A DNA stretch of 64,000 bases from Parasitella parasitica NRRL 2501 (GCA_025201805.1 MU619243.1:207436-271435); one strand, 5' to 3'; counted from the stretch's first letter, positions 1-14,501 are shown. The notes: generated by a model not told the origin, from the letters alone. Program-made: numbers and translations.

Positions 1-570
1 TCTTTTATAAACTGCTTAAAAGATATTAAAAATAACCTTAGACAATAAAAAATATTCAGTAGAAAATCTACTATAGTGAATATATACAAGAATAATCAAT
101 TAACAGTATAAAGACACCAGTATTCAATGCATTAGGTACACTTTCATGTCAAATAACATAAGAGTTTATCCAATGATATCACTTTATTTTGTCAAAATCT
201 GAATTTCAATTATTTTAAATGGGAGACCTCCAAGCTGGTTTCCCAGGCGAGTTTCCCAGCATACTTTTTTTAGATAACTCTTATATATTTGAGCCTTCCT
301 TTTGATTTCAATTTATAATATTAGTGCATCCCTTTCTTTCCTTTCTTTCTTTCTTTTTCTTTCTCTTTTTAGTTTTCTTAAATTTTTTTCTTGGACACAT
401 CTAGATCAAATCGAGGAAAAAAAAAAAAATATACAATAGATTTCAATAAAGCATTTGGAATTTTATTTTCGAATCAGACATCTTAGAATCGAACAGAGAT
501 AACAACAACAACAACAACAACAAAAGGAACCCTTTCCAATCTTTTTTCATCAACAGCAAACTATACAACT

Positions 571-2305
571 ATGCGTGCCGCTTTTCTTTGTTTAGCAGCA
601 GTCGTTCAACTTGCTCTTAATGCTGCAGCAGAGCCCATCACCATTCCTCTTTACAAACGAACAGACGAAGGTGGAATTTATAAGGCTGCTGGTAAAGCAC
701 TTGATAACGGCGTTGTAAGTAGTAGCTTCACAAAAGGGAACTATAAAATTATTTAGATTACAGAAACATCTTTAATTACTACTGTACTACTTGACAGTAA
801 AAAAAAAAAAAAAAAAAAATGTTTTCATAATGATATAGTTTCCCTGCTTACTCTTTAATGATTCGCTCACTAACGCCTTACTTGTTTCTAGCTTGCTGGT
901 AAAGTTAAAATCGGCAATCCTCCTCAAGAATTTACATTTGCTTTTGATACCAGTAAGTATAGTTGACTTCCCCTTTTTCTTTGGTTGTACCTAATTTCAT
1001 TATTTTTAAATTAGCGATCGGTTATTCTTGGGTTCGTGGCTATAGAGTAAGTCTCAATTCATGTAAATAAAATGCTCAAGAATGATCAGAATACTAACAT
1101 GACCTTATTTCGTAGTGTAAAACTGAGAACTGTCTTGGTCGCTGTACTTACTACGCCCGTAAATCATCAGATGCCGTGTCTACAGGCAAAAAGTTCTCTG
1201 TTGAATACGGCAATTCTTGTGTTGATACTCACGTTTATATGGATACTTTTGAATTTGCTGGTCTCAAAGTCAAGGACATGCCATTTGGTGGTGCTTACCG
1301 TATGTCTGGTTTCGGCGAAGGCTTTGATGGCTATCTTGGTCTCGGCCGTAGTGTTGATTTCAACAATACAAAGATCGGCTCAACTGCTTCAGGTAATTTT
1401 GCTATTACATTTTTCATGATTCACCCTGTACTAACAGATTTGTAGGTTTATCTAAGCGTGATGTCGCTCTTCCAGACTCTGCTTTTGTTCCCAATGCTTA
1501 CCAATCTGGATCCGGTCTTGCTAGCGCCCAGTTCGGTATGTATACTACCACTTCCTCCGGTCCTGGCTTTGATCAAACTGGTAGCACTGCTGCTAACGCT
1601 GTAACCAACAGTACCGCTGCCAGCTCTGCACCTTCCTCTGTTGGATCTACTACCTCTACCACTACTACTCCCAACACTTCGGGTCCTGTTACTGGCGGTG
1701 GTTACGGTGTCGTTAAGCGTTCAAACACTCAGGAAGAAAATGAAGAGCCTGCTGGTTACTTGGTGCTCGGCGGCGTTGACAAGTCTATCATTCAAAGCGA
1801 TGTTGAATACATTCGTCTTGCTGACGATCCTGGAGCCAAGGCCAAGAACTGGGATGTCTGTATCCGTCACGCCAGTTTCGGTGGATTAAGGTTGAAGCAA
1901 GAAGCAAATGCTCTTGCCTCTATCAGTACTTCTACTAGTTTGATTATTATGCCTCCTGACCAAGCTGATCAATTCCATGAGGAATTCGGCCTTGAATACA
2001 AGACAAGCACCAAGAGCTATCAAATCAAGTGCTCTGAAGTCAAGAACTTGCCTATGCTTAAGATGACTCTTGAAGACCACATTGTTGAATTACCTGCCAA
2101 ATACTGGACTGGTGTTATTGATGCTGATCGTGATTGCTGTGAGACCAAGATTAGCCGTGGTAATTCTGACCGCGATTGGATTCTTGGCACTTCTTTGACA
2201 AATGCTTTCTATACCACCTTTGATCCCGATACTGAAGCTGTTGGTTTGGCCATTAAGAAGGGTCATTCTGAAGATGGCCTCAGAGTTTACAAGAAGTCCC
2301 ATTAG
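571..2305 (+). CDS. Secreted pepsin-family (A1) aspartic protease homolog, probably catalytically inactive; 5 exons (571-714, 892-952, 1015-1046, 1116-1392, 1446-2305)
   Basis: Signal peptide MRAAFLCLAAVVQLALNAAA; A1 motifs KIGNPPQEF, FSVEYG flap, FDGYLGLG, YLVLGGVD, DWILG, FYTTFD; GT-AG introns join in frame; the catalytic sites read FDTTIG and ISTSTS instead of DTG. Confidence 0.85.
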
Positions 2306-3528
2306 ATTTATTCACTTTTCCAGCTTTCTTTATCATAATATATAACTGTGCAAATAATAATATTTATAATATTCCTTGAAAAAAAATCAGTTCCCTATTT
2401 TTTTTTAAACATCATTGCCACTTTTATTTATGAATTTTTGCTATTGCTACTATTATATATCTCCATTTTTTTATGTATTCAATCTTTTATATCTATAATG
2501 AAGCAACACAAAAAAAAAACCCTCCTTTTCTTGTTTATTGCAGTGTATTAAAATATCAAATGACATCACTAAGCTATCTAAACATTAATATTAAAAAATG
2601 TTAAGCTGTCATCATGAAACTGCTTGTAACCAACTATGCTGTGTTTTGTTTCTACAACTGGTAATTTAGCAATGCTTTCAGGCACCACACCATCACAGAA
2701 ATTGTTTAATCTCAGACAAGTCTTTCAGTCTTCCGTGTCCAGTTGTGGGGATATTTATGATAATTGCAATTTAATTTGGATCTATCATAGCAGATACCCA
2801 ACCGGTAAAATTCTGCCAGAAAAAACTAGATCGAGATAGTTTCCTGATATAGGTACACCAGGGCCTGTTTGTCGACTCGGTATCACTGCTTCTTACTCAA
2901 TTTTCCAAGGTTTTGCAATAAATCCTAAGCACAATCCAACTACAGTTTTATCATATTGTTGGATCATCGTAAATATGTATATATTCAATGGAAATTAAGC
3001 GTTTTTTATGCCTAAAAATTACTCAAAAGGATAATTAGAGCCCATATCTTTTTAATACGAGGGAGCATTTCAACAGAAATACATTGGATATATACAGAAT
3101 ACTCTAATTTATCTGCAGATATAGCACTGTTTACACGATATTTTATTTTGCCTGATTGCATATAGATACATGCATGGCAAATTTGCAGCTAAATAAAAAA
3201 TTAGTCCAAAATCAAATGTTACATAGGATGATAACAAATGTCACTGCAATAGAATTGGGGAGTTTTTTTTTTCTATTTAGACAAGAAGCGAACCTTATGT
3301 CTATATTTCTACTGAATATATATGTGCACTTCAAAAGTATTTACTAACAGTAAACATGCGATATAATAATGACAACGACGCAAATGTTGATTTGATCCCT
3401 TTTGCATTTCAACATGAACAACCCTGTCCCATTAAATCCCAGCACAGGTAATGAAAGGCTTTAAAAAATTTCGCATCTACGAAGATGCACCTAAAGCTTT
3501 ACTTTCAACCCATTTATAGAACAACGAT

Positions 3529-4380
3529 ATGAGTGAGCAAAAGTTAGCATCAAACCCTCGTGGTATTCCAAGCTCTCCATTTGTGGTAAGATATATATAT
3601 ATATACAAAATAGAAAATGCATCGAGATGAGTAAACTAAAATTATGATCAGGAACGCGTTGAAGACTACGTGTCTGAAGCAGAGCCTGTTGAAGTAGTAT
3701 TAAAGAAGTTCCAAGAAGCCATCAGGTAAATCAAATAGAAAAACTGAATAAAAGGCACAAAGCATTGATAGGATAATATTAGCAAGTACAAGTTCATGGA
3801 AGTCAACCTATTGCAACGTAGAAAGGTTTTGGAGGAAAAGATCCCCGAGATTGAAAAGACTATTGCTATGGTCGACTTGTTGACAGAGAAGAAGGAAAGC
3901 CAGGAACCTTTATATACAGATTTTGAGTTGAACGATACATTGTATGCAAAGGCAAAGATTGAGGCTACTGGTTCTGTATATCTTTGGTTGGGTGTGAGTT
4001 TTCTTTAGAGGATTGCAAACTTTAGTGGTAACATTGATTTGCTAGGCCAATGTGATGCTCGAGTACACCTGTGAAGAAGCAAAGGATTTGTTAACTTCCA
4101 AGCTTAATACAGCCAAGAACTCGTTAAAGAATACATTGGAAGACCTCGAGTTCTTGAGAAGCCAAATCACAACTATGGAAGTCAGTATCCTTTTTTTTAG
4201 CCGACTGATATTGCTTTTATTACAAAATATTTCTAGATTACATATATTATTACCCTTAACTTGATCCTCTTTTCTTTTTCTTTTTTAACAGATACTGCTC
4301 GCGTATACAATTGGGATGTAAAGCAAAGACGACTCTTGAGAGAACAACAAGCTTCCTCTGCTGTTGAGGCTTCGGCTTAG
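3529..4380 (+). CDS. PAC10: Prefoldin subunit 3 (VBP1/Pac10), multi-exon
   Basis: NPRGIP, KYKFME, FELNDTLYAKA, VYLWLGANVMLEY and LEFLRSQITTMEVNTARVYNWDV motifs across the exons. Confidence 0.95.
4185..4291 (+). other. U12-type (minor spliceosome) GT-AG intron in prefoldin 3
   Basis: Donor GTATCCTTT at 4185, CCTTAAC branch motif at 4254-4260, AG ending 4291; this donor restores the conserved MEVNTARVYNWD frame. Confidence 0.85.
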
Positions 4381-4512
4381 AAACCAGAAATGCGGGAAAC
4401 TATAAACACAACCCAGAAGATTCAAATGGACCAGAAAAAAACAGACGCACAGAAGACATTCATTCCTAAAGCAAATAAAAATTTACCTTTTTCTTTCTAC
4501 TACTATATCATA

Positions 4513-5018
4513 ATGAGCTCTCAACAAATAGGGACAGCTGTAGCCTTGATAGGTGCTCTATTTCTTGCTCATTCTGCTTATTCTACTTATGAACGTAATG
4601 CAACAGCAAAAAGTTTTTCGTTGGCCTGTTTTGTAATTAACTTTGTTATTGATTCACTAGACCTTGCATATATTAAAGCTGTAGACAAGGACGATACACC
4701 AATCCCTGTCGATGTAATTATACTGCTCAGATTATAGTTTGCATGTACTGATTTTGATATAAAAGATCATAACAGAATGCTTGGTGTCCGCTTTTGTAGC
4801 CCTTGTGGGTGTGGTATTCTCTGCAGACGCGTTCAAGCCTATTGCTATGGAAACCGAGGTTGCCAAAATGTACGATTGTTTGGTTTATCCAGTAATTGCG
4901 ATGAATTGACATTTTTATTAGGACTATTGACAAGATTGACACTAGACCTTCATTTGTAACATTTAACCATCGTAAAGTAGTCTCTGCTCAATCACAACAA
5001 GGCAGAAAGATTCAATAA
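4513..5018 (+). CDS. EMC5: ER membrane complex subunit 5 / MMGT1 family, 4 exons
   Basis: LFLAHSAYSTYEH, IPVDIITECL and IDTRPSFVTFNHR motifs; two hydrophobic segments. Confidence 0.9.
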
Positions 5019-5130
5019 TGTAAAACACACCACACAACTGTAGAATGAACAACAACAATAATAATAAAATCATATTCCCTCAGAGATGCTCGTTGCCAAA
5101 CGCAAATACAAGAAAACCAAGCGCATTTTA

Positions 5131-8100
5131 TTATCCATTAACATCGTTAGGTGTCGTTGGACCAGACGATCCACTTAGATCACCATTAGGCACACCCATA
5201 AATAGGTTGCTAGAGCTTGAGGGAGAGATTGGCTCACCATCTTCATTGAAAAAGTCGTCCAAATCCTTCAAAGCATTCATCAGATCATCGCCATAAGCAG
5301 CAGCTGGTGCTGGTGATGCATTCGTGATAGGGATGCCATCTATCAGGGGCACATTTATCTCTTCTCGGCGTTCATTGCCCATAGTTGCAGTCGCTGTTCT
5401 TGTTGTTGTTCTAGTTGTTGTTCCTGATTCACCAGTCATCATGGAAAAGTCTTCGACAGAGAATTGGATGTTATGCTCAATAGGTGCTTCATTTGTAATA
5501 GAAGAGCATTCGAATACAACGGCATGGATATTGTGCCGTGTTATTTTTGCGGCAGCAGCAAAGTTGTTGAAGCCCCAGATCAACTCGGAATCGACGGTCG
5601 GATTGCTGTTGTCTGTCGATGTGAACGCATGAATGCCAGAATTGAGCACAGACAAAGCACGATCAGCGTATTCTGTAGGCACAAGCTGCAATAACGGTTC
5701 CAACACAGCGATATCGATAGACGCCTCGGCCGACGTCCTCATCATCTGACCTGTGACATACGGCACCAAGTTCTCAATCAAAAGCAGTGTTTTGTCTCGA
5801 TAATACGGGTTCTTGTTCTTGACCATCAGCATCGAAAACATAAAGGCTTGCTGGCAATACTGAGTGAAAAAGACTTCACGCATGCTACCCAAGATCTGCT
5901 TCAAGAAGTCTTCTTGGAATTTAGCTTTTTGGATAGGATATGTGGTCAAAATGCGTTGAATGCTAGTTAATCCGTAATCTTCAAACAGCTTGACCAATTT
6001 ATTACACCACGCCACGGCTTCAGGGTCGATCGTCTCTTCATCAAACCCGTGCAGTAGTCGAGGTATGCTTCCCAGTAACAGATACATGAGCCTAGTTTCT
6101 GTGGGGTCGATCAGCGGAAGATTATCCTGCATTGAGATATACTCCAAGATGTTGAATGTTTCCTTTTCAGCAGATGAGAACTGCAGCCCTTTCAATAGGA
6201 GCGGCTGCAGTCCGTCAAATTCACTTGACCAGTTTTTGGGGAAGCTTTCAGCCAGCTTTGGGTTGAATTCATTCTTTTGAAGAACTACATCGAGCAGCAG
6301 TAGTGCCTCGCAGTGCTCTGATTCGTAAGGACTGTACAGACATGCAACGGCAGCCCAGAATAGCTGTGGGAATTGCTCCATCTGCGTCTTGTCCATCGCT
6401 TTAGCCACCTCTGTTAATGTCAGTATAATTTCGAGCGCAAAGCCGCGAATCTCGTCTGATTTGTCGGCAATGGTATTGGAAAGACGCGCGAGCATGTCTG
6501 CCAGCATGTGCTGATTGAAGGCGGGCATCAGACCACGAAAACATTGAAAGGAGCGGCAGGCGATATGTCTAACCGAGCAGCATGTAGCCCATTTAAGAGC
6601 TGTCTCGCCCCATTTTTGACGCAATTCCCTGTCCTCGTACGAAAAGACGCCCACAACTTGCTGCAAAAGCAATTTGATCTCATCCGCACTAGCGATCCGT
6701 CGATTGACAGGGGTGATGTTCTCGTATGCCCATAGGCGTTTGCCTTCTTTTCCGACCAGCCATTGAATGATTTCGGATGCCTTTTGTGAGGCCTCAGAAT
6801 CAATGGATTGTCTTACCACAATGGAATGAATCAGGTTGATCAGGAAACAGCGAGATTGGTCGCATACGATGCTTGTGAGATGGTCCAGCTGCACAAATAT
6901 ACTGTGGAGCAGCAATGGCAAATGAGGTGCTAAATCAGCTCCTGCTTCAATAGCTAAATCGACCAAGAACACCATAGCTAGTTGGCCTCTCGAGAATACA
7001 GGGCGTTTCGGATAGCTGGGGAGTACCTTTTCCGCGTCTGCAACAAACAGCATAGGGAACGCATGAGCATGGCGGTTACTGGCCTCCTTTAGCTGCGGGA
7101 CCATCGACCGAGGAGTAATTTCAGCAATCACTTCTTCCGTAACGCTGGCAAAGGCATGCGTACGACCAAGACAGACAAAAACACGCTTAGCATGGATCAA
7201 GAACCAAGGGTTGCGAGTTTCCTGGCCCATATCAAGCAGGTACATAATGATAGCTCGGACGTTGCGACCGTAATCAACCAACTGACTCCACAGAGCGGCT
7301 GTTTCTTTGACGTAGATATCGCCAAACTTGACAGTGATGTAGTACAAGTTGGACAGCACCATGTAGGCAGACGCACTGAGTTCGGTGTCATGCGGTCCTA
7401 CGCTTAGATCTACCTTGCGGTGCCAGGGCAATATGTAGGTCAAGACTTCACGCTGCGAGTTGGGGCTGATGTGCTCAAATCGCTGTGTAATTTCAGAGAG
7501 CATAGAGTACGTTTGTTCAGGATGATCGAGGGCCAAACGCGCTGATAATAGCGTCTGTGTATGTTTGTAAATGGCCGGCAAACTACTTGTGATACCAATT
7601 TCGTACTCTTTGGCGCAAGAGTCGGCGAATACTCGTTCTTCAATGACACGCAAAAGATTGATGGCAGTTTTTCTGATTGCCTTTTTAGCATCGCCAGATT
7701 TGAACAGTGCTAAGCTCATGACTTGGTGAATATGGCAAGGGTAGTCTTCTACTCGGGTGACAATTTCAGCCAAGGCTTGAAAGTAGCCTTGTGTAAACTC
7801 GAGTTTGGGATTACCGGCATAGCATTGTTCAATAATATCATCCAACAAGATGGTTTGATCCTGGTTGTAAATCATGACAGACTCAAGGGAGCGACTGTAT
7901 ATCGAGCGTTAGGCTAATCATCTAGAAGAGTATGAACTCTACACTTACCAGGCAATGGCGTGATATTTGGGATCACGGCTCTCAAAAATGGCGTCAATCC
8001 AACGAAGCACATTTAATGTGTCAAACTGTATAATAGCTTGTCTAGCCTTCTTTTGGCCGAGATAAGCATAGAGAGGGCCACGCTACACAGGCACAGCAAA

Positions 8101-11100
8101 AAAAAAAAAAAAAAAAACAAAACAAAACAAAAAATATTAAGGTATTTGGGGCAGCAAGTTTTTGCGCATTCAACTTACCAGCAGAGTGGACATGGCACTT
8201 AATGAAGCTGATTCCAAAGCCTTTCTCTCTTCCTCCATCAACTGAGTCATACTTGACCTCTCCTTGGCATCTTTGCATTGCTCCAACATGTCGCGGGCCA
8301 TGGTCGCTTCACGCTGCTGTGATGTGTTTGCTGCAGTGCCGTAGCCGCACCACTCCTCAAACATTTTGTACAGGCTCAATCTTGTCTCAAATGACATAAG
8401 CAACGTCGAGTCTTCCAGCTGCATTATACTTTCGTACAGTTTCTCAACTAGCCCACACAGATAGATCCGCAAACGCTGATACTCCCATTCGATCTGCACC
8501 TCCGTGTCGCCCAAGAAGGATTTGGTTTCCTTGATGTAACTCATAATGACGTTCATCAGCTCCTTGTCCTTGACAGATTCGCTGTCAGCCAAACAGCTTG
8601 CAGTCAGCTCCAACACATGCATGACGGAAATACGCAGGCGATCGTTCTTTTTGCTTCGTTTGTTCTGGTAGGGCTTCTGGTTGTTGCGCTGTTTGCCGTC
8701 GTCCAAGATCAGCTTGATGTAGCCTTCCAGCTCAGACATTAGCGATTTGTAGACATTCCGATTGATGTTGCCTAGACCCTCGATAGCGCTTTCACGGATA
8801 GATCGATGTTCGCAGGTCAGATAAGGAGATACTAGACGAAACAAGTCTCGAGGGCTCGATATCCGTTCGATGTTTGTTGATCCTTTGCGGCCAACATGGG
8901 ACCAGATGGGCATGGATATGGCAGGGCTGTCTACACGCACTGCTGTAGCGCATGCAAAGACGAGGTAGATTCGCCATTGCTCAATTGTCTCGGGGCTTGC
9001 CGTCTTGTTGTGGTTTGTGCTGCTTTTAGCCATACTAAGGGTACCTGTTGCGCCCGCTTTTATTGTCTCTAGCCATGCCAAGATAGAAGGCTGAATCTGT
9101 AGCAAGCGTGCACAAATACCTTGACGGCATTCGGCTGTAACTTTTGGAAACCTTTCAAAACACAATTTGAAAACATGAGGCAAACAAATGTTCCAAATAG
9201 TAACATCTGCGGCGTGGTCACTCTCTGCGATCTGTAGTAAAACGTGGTCGAGGCCACGGCGTTGGTGCTGCAGCACACGGTTACGGATGTCTGTTGTGAG
9301 CCTATTGCCTCTCAAAGTGCTGGAGTCCTTATCAAACTGAATCGTTTCCTGGCCAACTGTTTCCAGGAGTTGATTCAGGTTGTCTGGCTCTTGATGTCCC
9401 CTTTCTTCAGCAGGCGTTGAGTTGAGTTTGTCTGAGAGCCTGGCTGCCATCTTGATGATTTGCACTGCAAATTTGCGGATGGAGGCCGATTGGTTGCAGA
9501 GAAACAAGAGACCATTTGCTTCTGTTTCTCTCAATAATTCGGAATACTTGGTTTTGTCTAATGATGTAGCATCTAATTGGCCTATCCATATAGATAGCAG
9601 GTCAACGTATAGCCCGATAACACCGCCGTTCGCTTGACTTGAGCTACTCCCCCCAGAGGCGGTCATAATCAGTGGGCCGCTGGCTAGTGATTGAATCACG
9701 TCTGAAAATTTGTCTTCAATCTTGCATATGAATTGAGAGAATCCTGCAACGACTGTTTGGCTGTCGATTTGAGCCGCAATTCGCAACAATGCTGCAGACG
9801 CAGATTTGATTATTTCGGGATCTGTGTGTACGGTATACCTTGACATCATATCGACCAAGCTACGTAATTGGATCCCTGCAGGCATGATACGGGGCATGCC
9901 ATCAATAATGGTCTTGATGACATCAAAATAAGCCTGTTTATCTTTGGTATAGGATACACTGAAAACAGAGTATTGATGGTGAATTTGAGGCCCTTCTGAC
10001 GAGCCTACTGTGTTGGCGAATATAGGCACAGAATAGTTGGCAGTGATGGCGCTATTGTTGGCACTAGTCGTCATCTGGGCCGCTCGCATAATAATGTTCT
10101 TTTCATCCAGCACAAGTAAACGGCCGAACGTTTGATCTAGGCTGGAGAGCGTTTTTGATATGATTTCCTCGACCTTTTCAGTAACTTCGGGTTTGAGAGC
10201 TCGAATAGGGCCTGAAAATGCATCTACTGTGCAGGTGATTGGGACGCCACATGCAGCCATGTCAACGGCGGCAGGGAAAGGAGGCTTCTGGACATTATTT
10301 TCAAGATCTGCGAGCGTCAGCCGAAATGCTGCAAGCGCGACAATCATACGCTCAGGATTGATGAGATCCCAATTATGAGAGTTGCTGGTTGAGGAAGCTT
10401 CGGTATTTAACAGGTAAAACAGTATTTTCTTAGTGCCTGAATCGACATCTCTCATTAAAGAAAAGTAGACTATCAAGATGAGGTGGTCGAGGGGCGTATC
10501 TGCTGGATTCACTGCTCGTCGATAAGGCGGGAAGATGGTTTTGATGATTACGTCCATCTTTTTAAATGTAATCGCAGTGCTCTCTGTACAGCGGAATAAG
10601 TACGTCCATGTCAGTCTGGAAACACAGCCCAAGGTCACCAAACGGGTATATTTGTCCTTGTTGAACCTCTGATAGCAGCTTTCCAAGACAGCTGACCAAT
10701 TCGCTGCAAAAAACTCTTTTCTGCTGACACACAGTAGTGTTGTCACCAGCGGATAGCCGGCCAAGATGTGCCTAGGCTTCAGCGTCATTTTCATTGCGCG
10801 AGGATACATTAAATCGACCGCCTTGGCCCATGATGGAAAGTTGACCTCGGCAACAGCGACTTCTGCGATCGGCAGTAATAGCTGAATGAAGAGTTTGGCA
10901 TAGGCATGCTTGACTTTGGCGCCATGTGCGTTTTTGAAGAAACTGGCGCAGCTCGAGAGGAAATCAGCGGTTTCCTCCAAGGCGTCCACCGGATAGATTT
11001 TAATTTTGAGGTATCGCATACCTTTGATCAGCATCTCCATGTGTCCCTGTCTTTCCTTCATGATGGTTTGACTATTGTACTTTTCTAATTCGGCGATAAA

Positions 11101-11999
11101 TCGATCGCTGACCGAGGCAAACCGAATGTTGGATAGTTCGCCAATGAGCTCTGCAAACAAGTCCATGCTTGCTGTGCGGTTTTTTGATCGTTTGATGGCA
11201 TCTCTACAATAAAAGCACCTCAGATTGGGATTTCCAATGTCCTGTGTTTTTGTGTGTGTGTGTGTGTGTGCCAACTTACGGATCAGCCTTTTTCAACTGG
11301 TTGAATACAATTTCTTCTAGGTTTTCACCAAGATCATCAGGTAGAGATCCTGGTGTCAGTCGCTTGATAATTTCGATCAAGGCTCTACAAAGGATGAATA
11401 CAGAGGCGAGCTGCATGTCCAGCGGATTGAGTCAAGTATCGTGCAATCATTATATCCACTTACTGATTGCCTCTCTTTTAGGACAGATTGGATCTCACGA
11501 CTGCGAGACAGAGGAGCGGAATCACTGACTCGTTTGATCAACATGGGGTCCAAAGGTTCAACCTTTACCTTTCTCCATCTCATCACGGCATCAATCACTC
11601 CACTTTGCTGTGTCGCTGCTAGTAAAGACAGCGAATATATCAGCTTGTCAAAGCTTTCGTCGCTACCCTGCCCTAATATTCTCTTTAGATCAACGTCTGT
11701 ATCCTACATCTCAAGGTTACTACTTTTGTGCGTGTGTGCTTTTGCACTACCAAAAGATACGTTACGATGCCCATGTTTAGTATTATCGCCATTTTTGCGT
11801 CAGCCATATGCTCAAACTGGCTGAATATAACTTTGAGAGCATAGTCAGAACTTGATATAAATGTTATGTGATTACTATCGTCGTTGTCGTCGCTGTTGTT
11901 GTGGACGCTGCTCTGACTTGGGGTATCGTAACCTAGATTGGGATTGGAGCCTGGTTTTTTCCTACTGCTATTCGAGGATAAAGGTATATTGCGGTCCAT
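5131..11999 (-). CDS. TAO3: Furry/Tao3/Mor2 cell morphogenesis scaffold (RAM/MOR network), multi-exon
   Basis: ORFs of 1034 and 914 aa plus small 5' exons; motifs DAVMRWRK, LFAELIGELSNIRFASVSDRF, WATCCSVRHIACRSFQCFR, FPQLFWAAVACL, FDGLQPLLLKGL. Confidence 0.93.
11251..11270. repeat. (TG)10 microsatellite in a TAO3 intron
   Basis: Directly visible. Confidence 0.9.
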
Positions 12000-14147
12000 G
12001 CTCTGCTGATTATATGGCTGAATAGGTTACAGTGCTAGTAGAGCAAATGCATGTGGTATTCAAGGAACAAAAATTGTGCACACTTTTTCTTTTTTTTCAT
12101 TTATTTAAATGCTCGTTCAGGTTATGCACACCCCCATTGCCATTCACTCGTGGTCACTGGTTTTTTTTTGACTAAATGATAAAAGTCATGGTAATTGTGA
12201 TAATATATAATAGGGTTTCTGGTAACAGATCTTTTCAGTTTCTGATAAAAGCCATAAAGTTTCTGAGAGAAGAGAAATGTCTCCCTAAAAAGAGTTCAAG
12301 TGGGGATTTCCAATTTTAGAGAAAAAGGGTAATTGCTTTGTGTCATTCATAGAGAAAATACAAAGAGAATGTGTTGTGAATTAAGCTATCTACATCATAT
12401 CCCTAAATTCAAGGTAGCTTTTAAAGAAGGTTGCGGTTGCCTATCGACAAACATCTGTGATTCTGGGTGTAATTGTGTCTGTTGACTTTGGATCAAAAAA
12501 ACCTGAAATTAGACTCAGGAACGGAGAGCAAGGTTGAAGATAAAACACGTTTATTTCCTTGGGATTTCATAAATTTCCAAACAGTTAGTTTTTTTTTTTT
12601 TATAAATGGATGTCCTATCTTAGTGGCAGGTTGTTTCCTTTTCTCTGACACTTTATTATACCTTCAGTTGGTCGGGCGTCTTCTAGTGTAAAAGTTCTTG
12701 ACAGACAAGTACTAAGCTGAGTTCTCAATATCCAGCTGCACAGTAGAACAGCTAGTCAAACCTGTACCATCTTTTCCATAATATTGGTATGATTCAAAAA
12801 TGTGTGTCTTTGTAAAGCTAGCTACATAGATTTTAGGTACTTGATTTTTTTTATTTTTTTTGGTCTACGCGAACTTCAGTGTGTTCTTGTCAGAAAAAAG
12901 ACAAAGACTGTAAGAAAACAATGTTTAGTGATCTCAAACACAAAAACAAGTAATTCAAAATAAAGCATTAGACTATAAGGCACCTTTTGATCACATATTT
13001 GCATAGCTCAGAGCAAGTTATTGTACTTTTCAAGTTGATATCAGATTGACGTAGCGGCTTTCCTGACTTTTTTCGGAAAGGTATTTTTCAAAATCGGAGC
13101 GTGAGATTGTCAGGCCAGGTGCAGACATGCACGTACTACCATTAGAAAGCCAAGAAGCACACCATTTAAAAAAACTAGGTTGTAATTGACTTTCTCTTGA
13201 ATTGGGTAAGCAATGGCTTCTCAAAGCTAATGCTTTCTTCAAAAAAGCGCCAATTTTCTTTGATAGCGGAGATTAAACGCTTCCAAAATCAGGAAGGAAA
13301 AATTCTTTCAGAAACTCCATTTGGACAATTCGAAAAAAAAATTACTCTTTTAAGGCAAGATATCATCCTCTGATACTATGCATACCACCGCTATGAGTCT
13401 ATGGTAATAGCTGTATTTTTGGACGCTCTACACGATAGTATCATTTCATAATTCCCGTATACTTGTGGAAGTAGTTCTGCTTAGAAAACCTCAAAAACAG
13501 ATGAAGAGGGAAAAGTCAACATTCTGCTTAATCAGAGCGCATTTGCAGTCTTTCAGATCAAGGAATGACCTTTTACGATCATTTTCCTCCAATATATGCT
13601 ATAGTAAAAAGTTGCATTTTTGAGGTCAAAATCGAGGATAATGCATAATCAATGATTTTGAATGGGTGGATACAAGGAAAAAATCGAAAAAATCCGCCAT
13701 TTTGCATCGAAAAAAAAAATCATGCTCAAATTGCACCAAAATCATGTATAATATAGTTTTTTCCCAATTGATACTATTTCTGGTGTTTTCAGGGCACTTT
13801 TGGTTATAAAAATTAATCAAAAAATGGCACACGAAGCTAAATTTCTTACTTTTAAGCTGTAAACGATATCTATCTGGAGATGCTATCGCGTCAATATCAA
13901 TTCTAGTACATGACACAGCTCTATAAAGTAAGCAATTTTGATACGTAAGTATACCTTTCTTCATAGTACTATGACCAAACAGGCATGGCCCATCAAGTTG
14001 GAAGCAGAAGAGGATAATGAATGAGCACAATGTTTTGTGACATTTTTATCATTTATACCATGAGTCAGTCGTATCATTGCGAAAAAAAAATATTGAGAAA
14101 AAGAACAGAGTTGATTAAATTAAAGCAACTAGACATTAATATACGAT

Positions 14148-14464
14148 TTATTTCATTCTTCTAGGATCGTTTTGGTAGTCATCAAGGGCCTCGCCTTCTT
14201 CAGCACTTGAGAATCCTTTAGATGAATGTCTCTAAAAAAAAAAATTAGGCATTACTGCTTTTCATGCCGCAAAATAGCATTACCTTTCTTCTTCTTTTGT
14301 TTCTATACTCCTCGCTCTCGCTGTCATAGTCCCTTTTGCGATTTCGACGGCTACTTTTTACATCGGCGTCTCTAACCATACCTTCCTCATCTTCTCTGAT
14401 CATGCCCTCCTCTTCTTCCTCTTCTTCGCCATTTTCCATCTTTTCCTACATAATAAAACACAAT

Positions 14465-14501
<37 letters not shown>

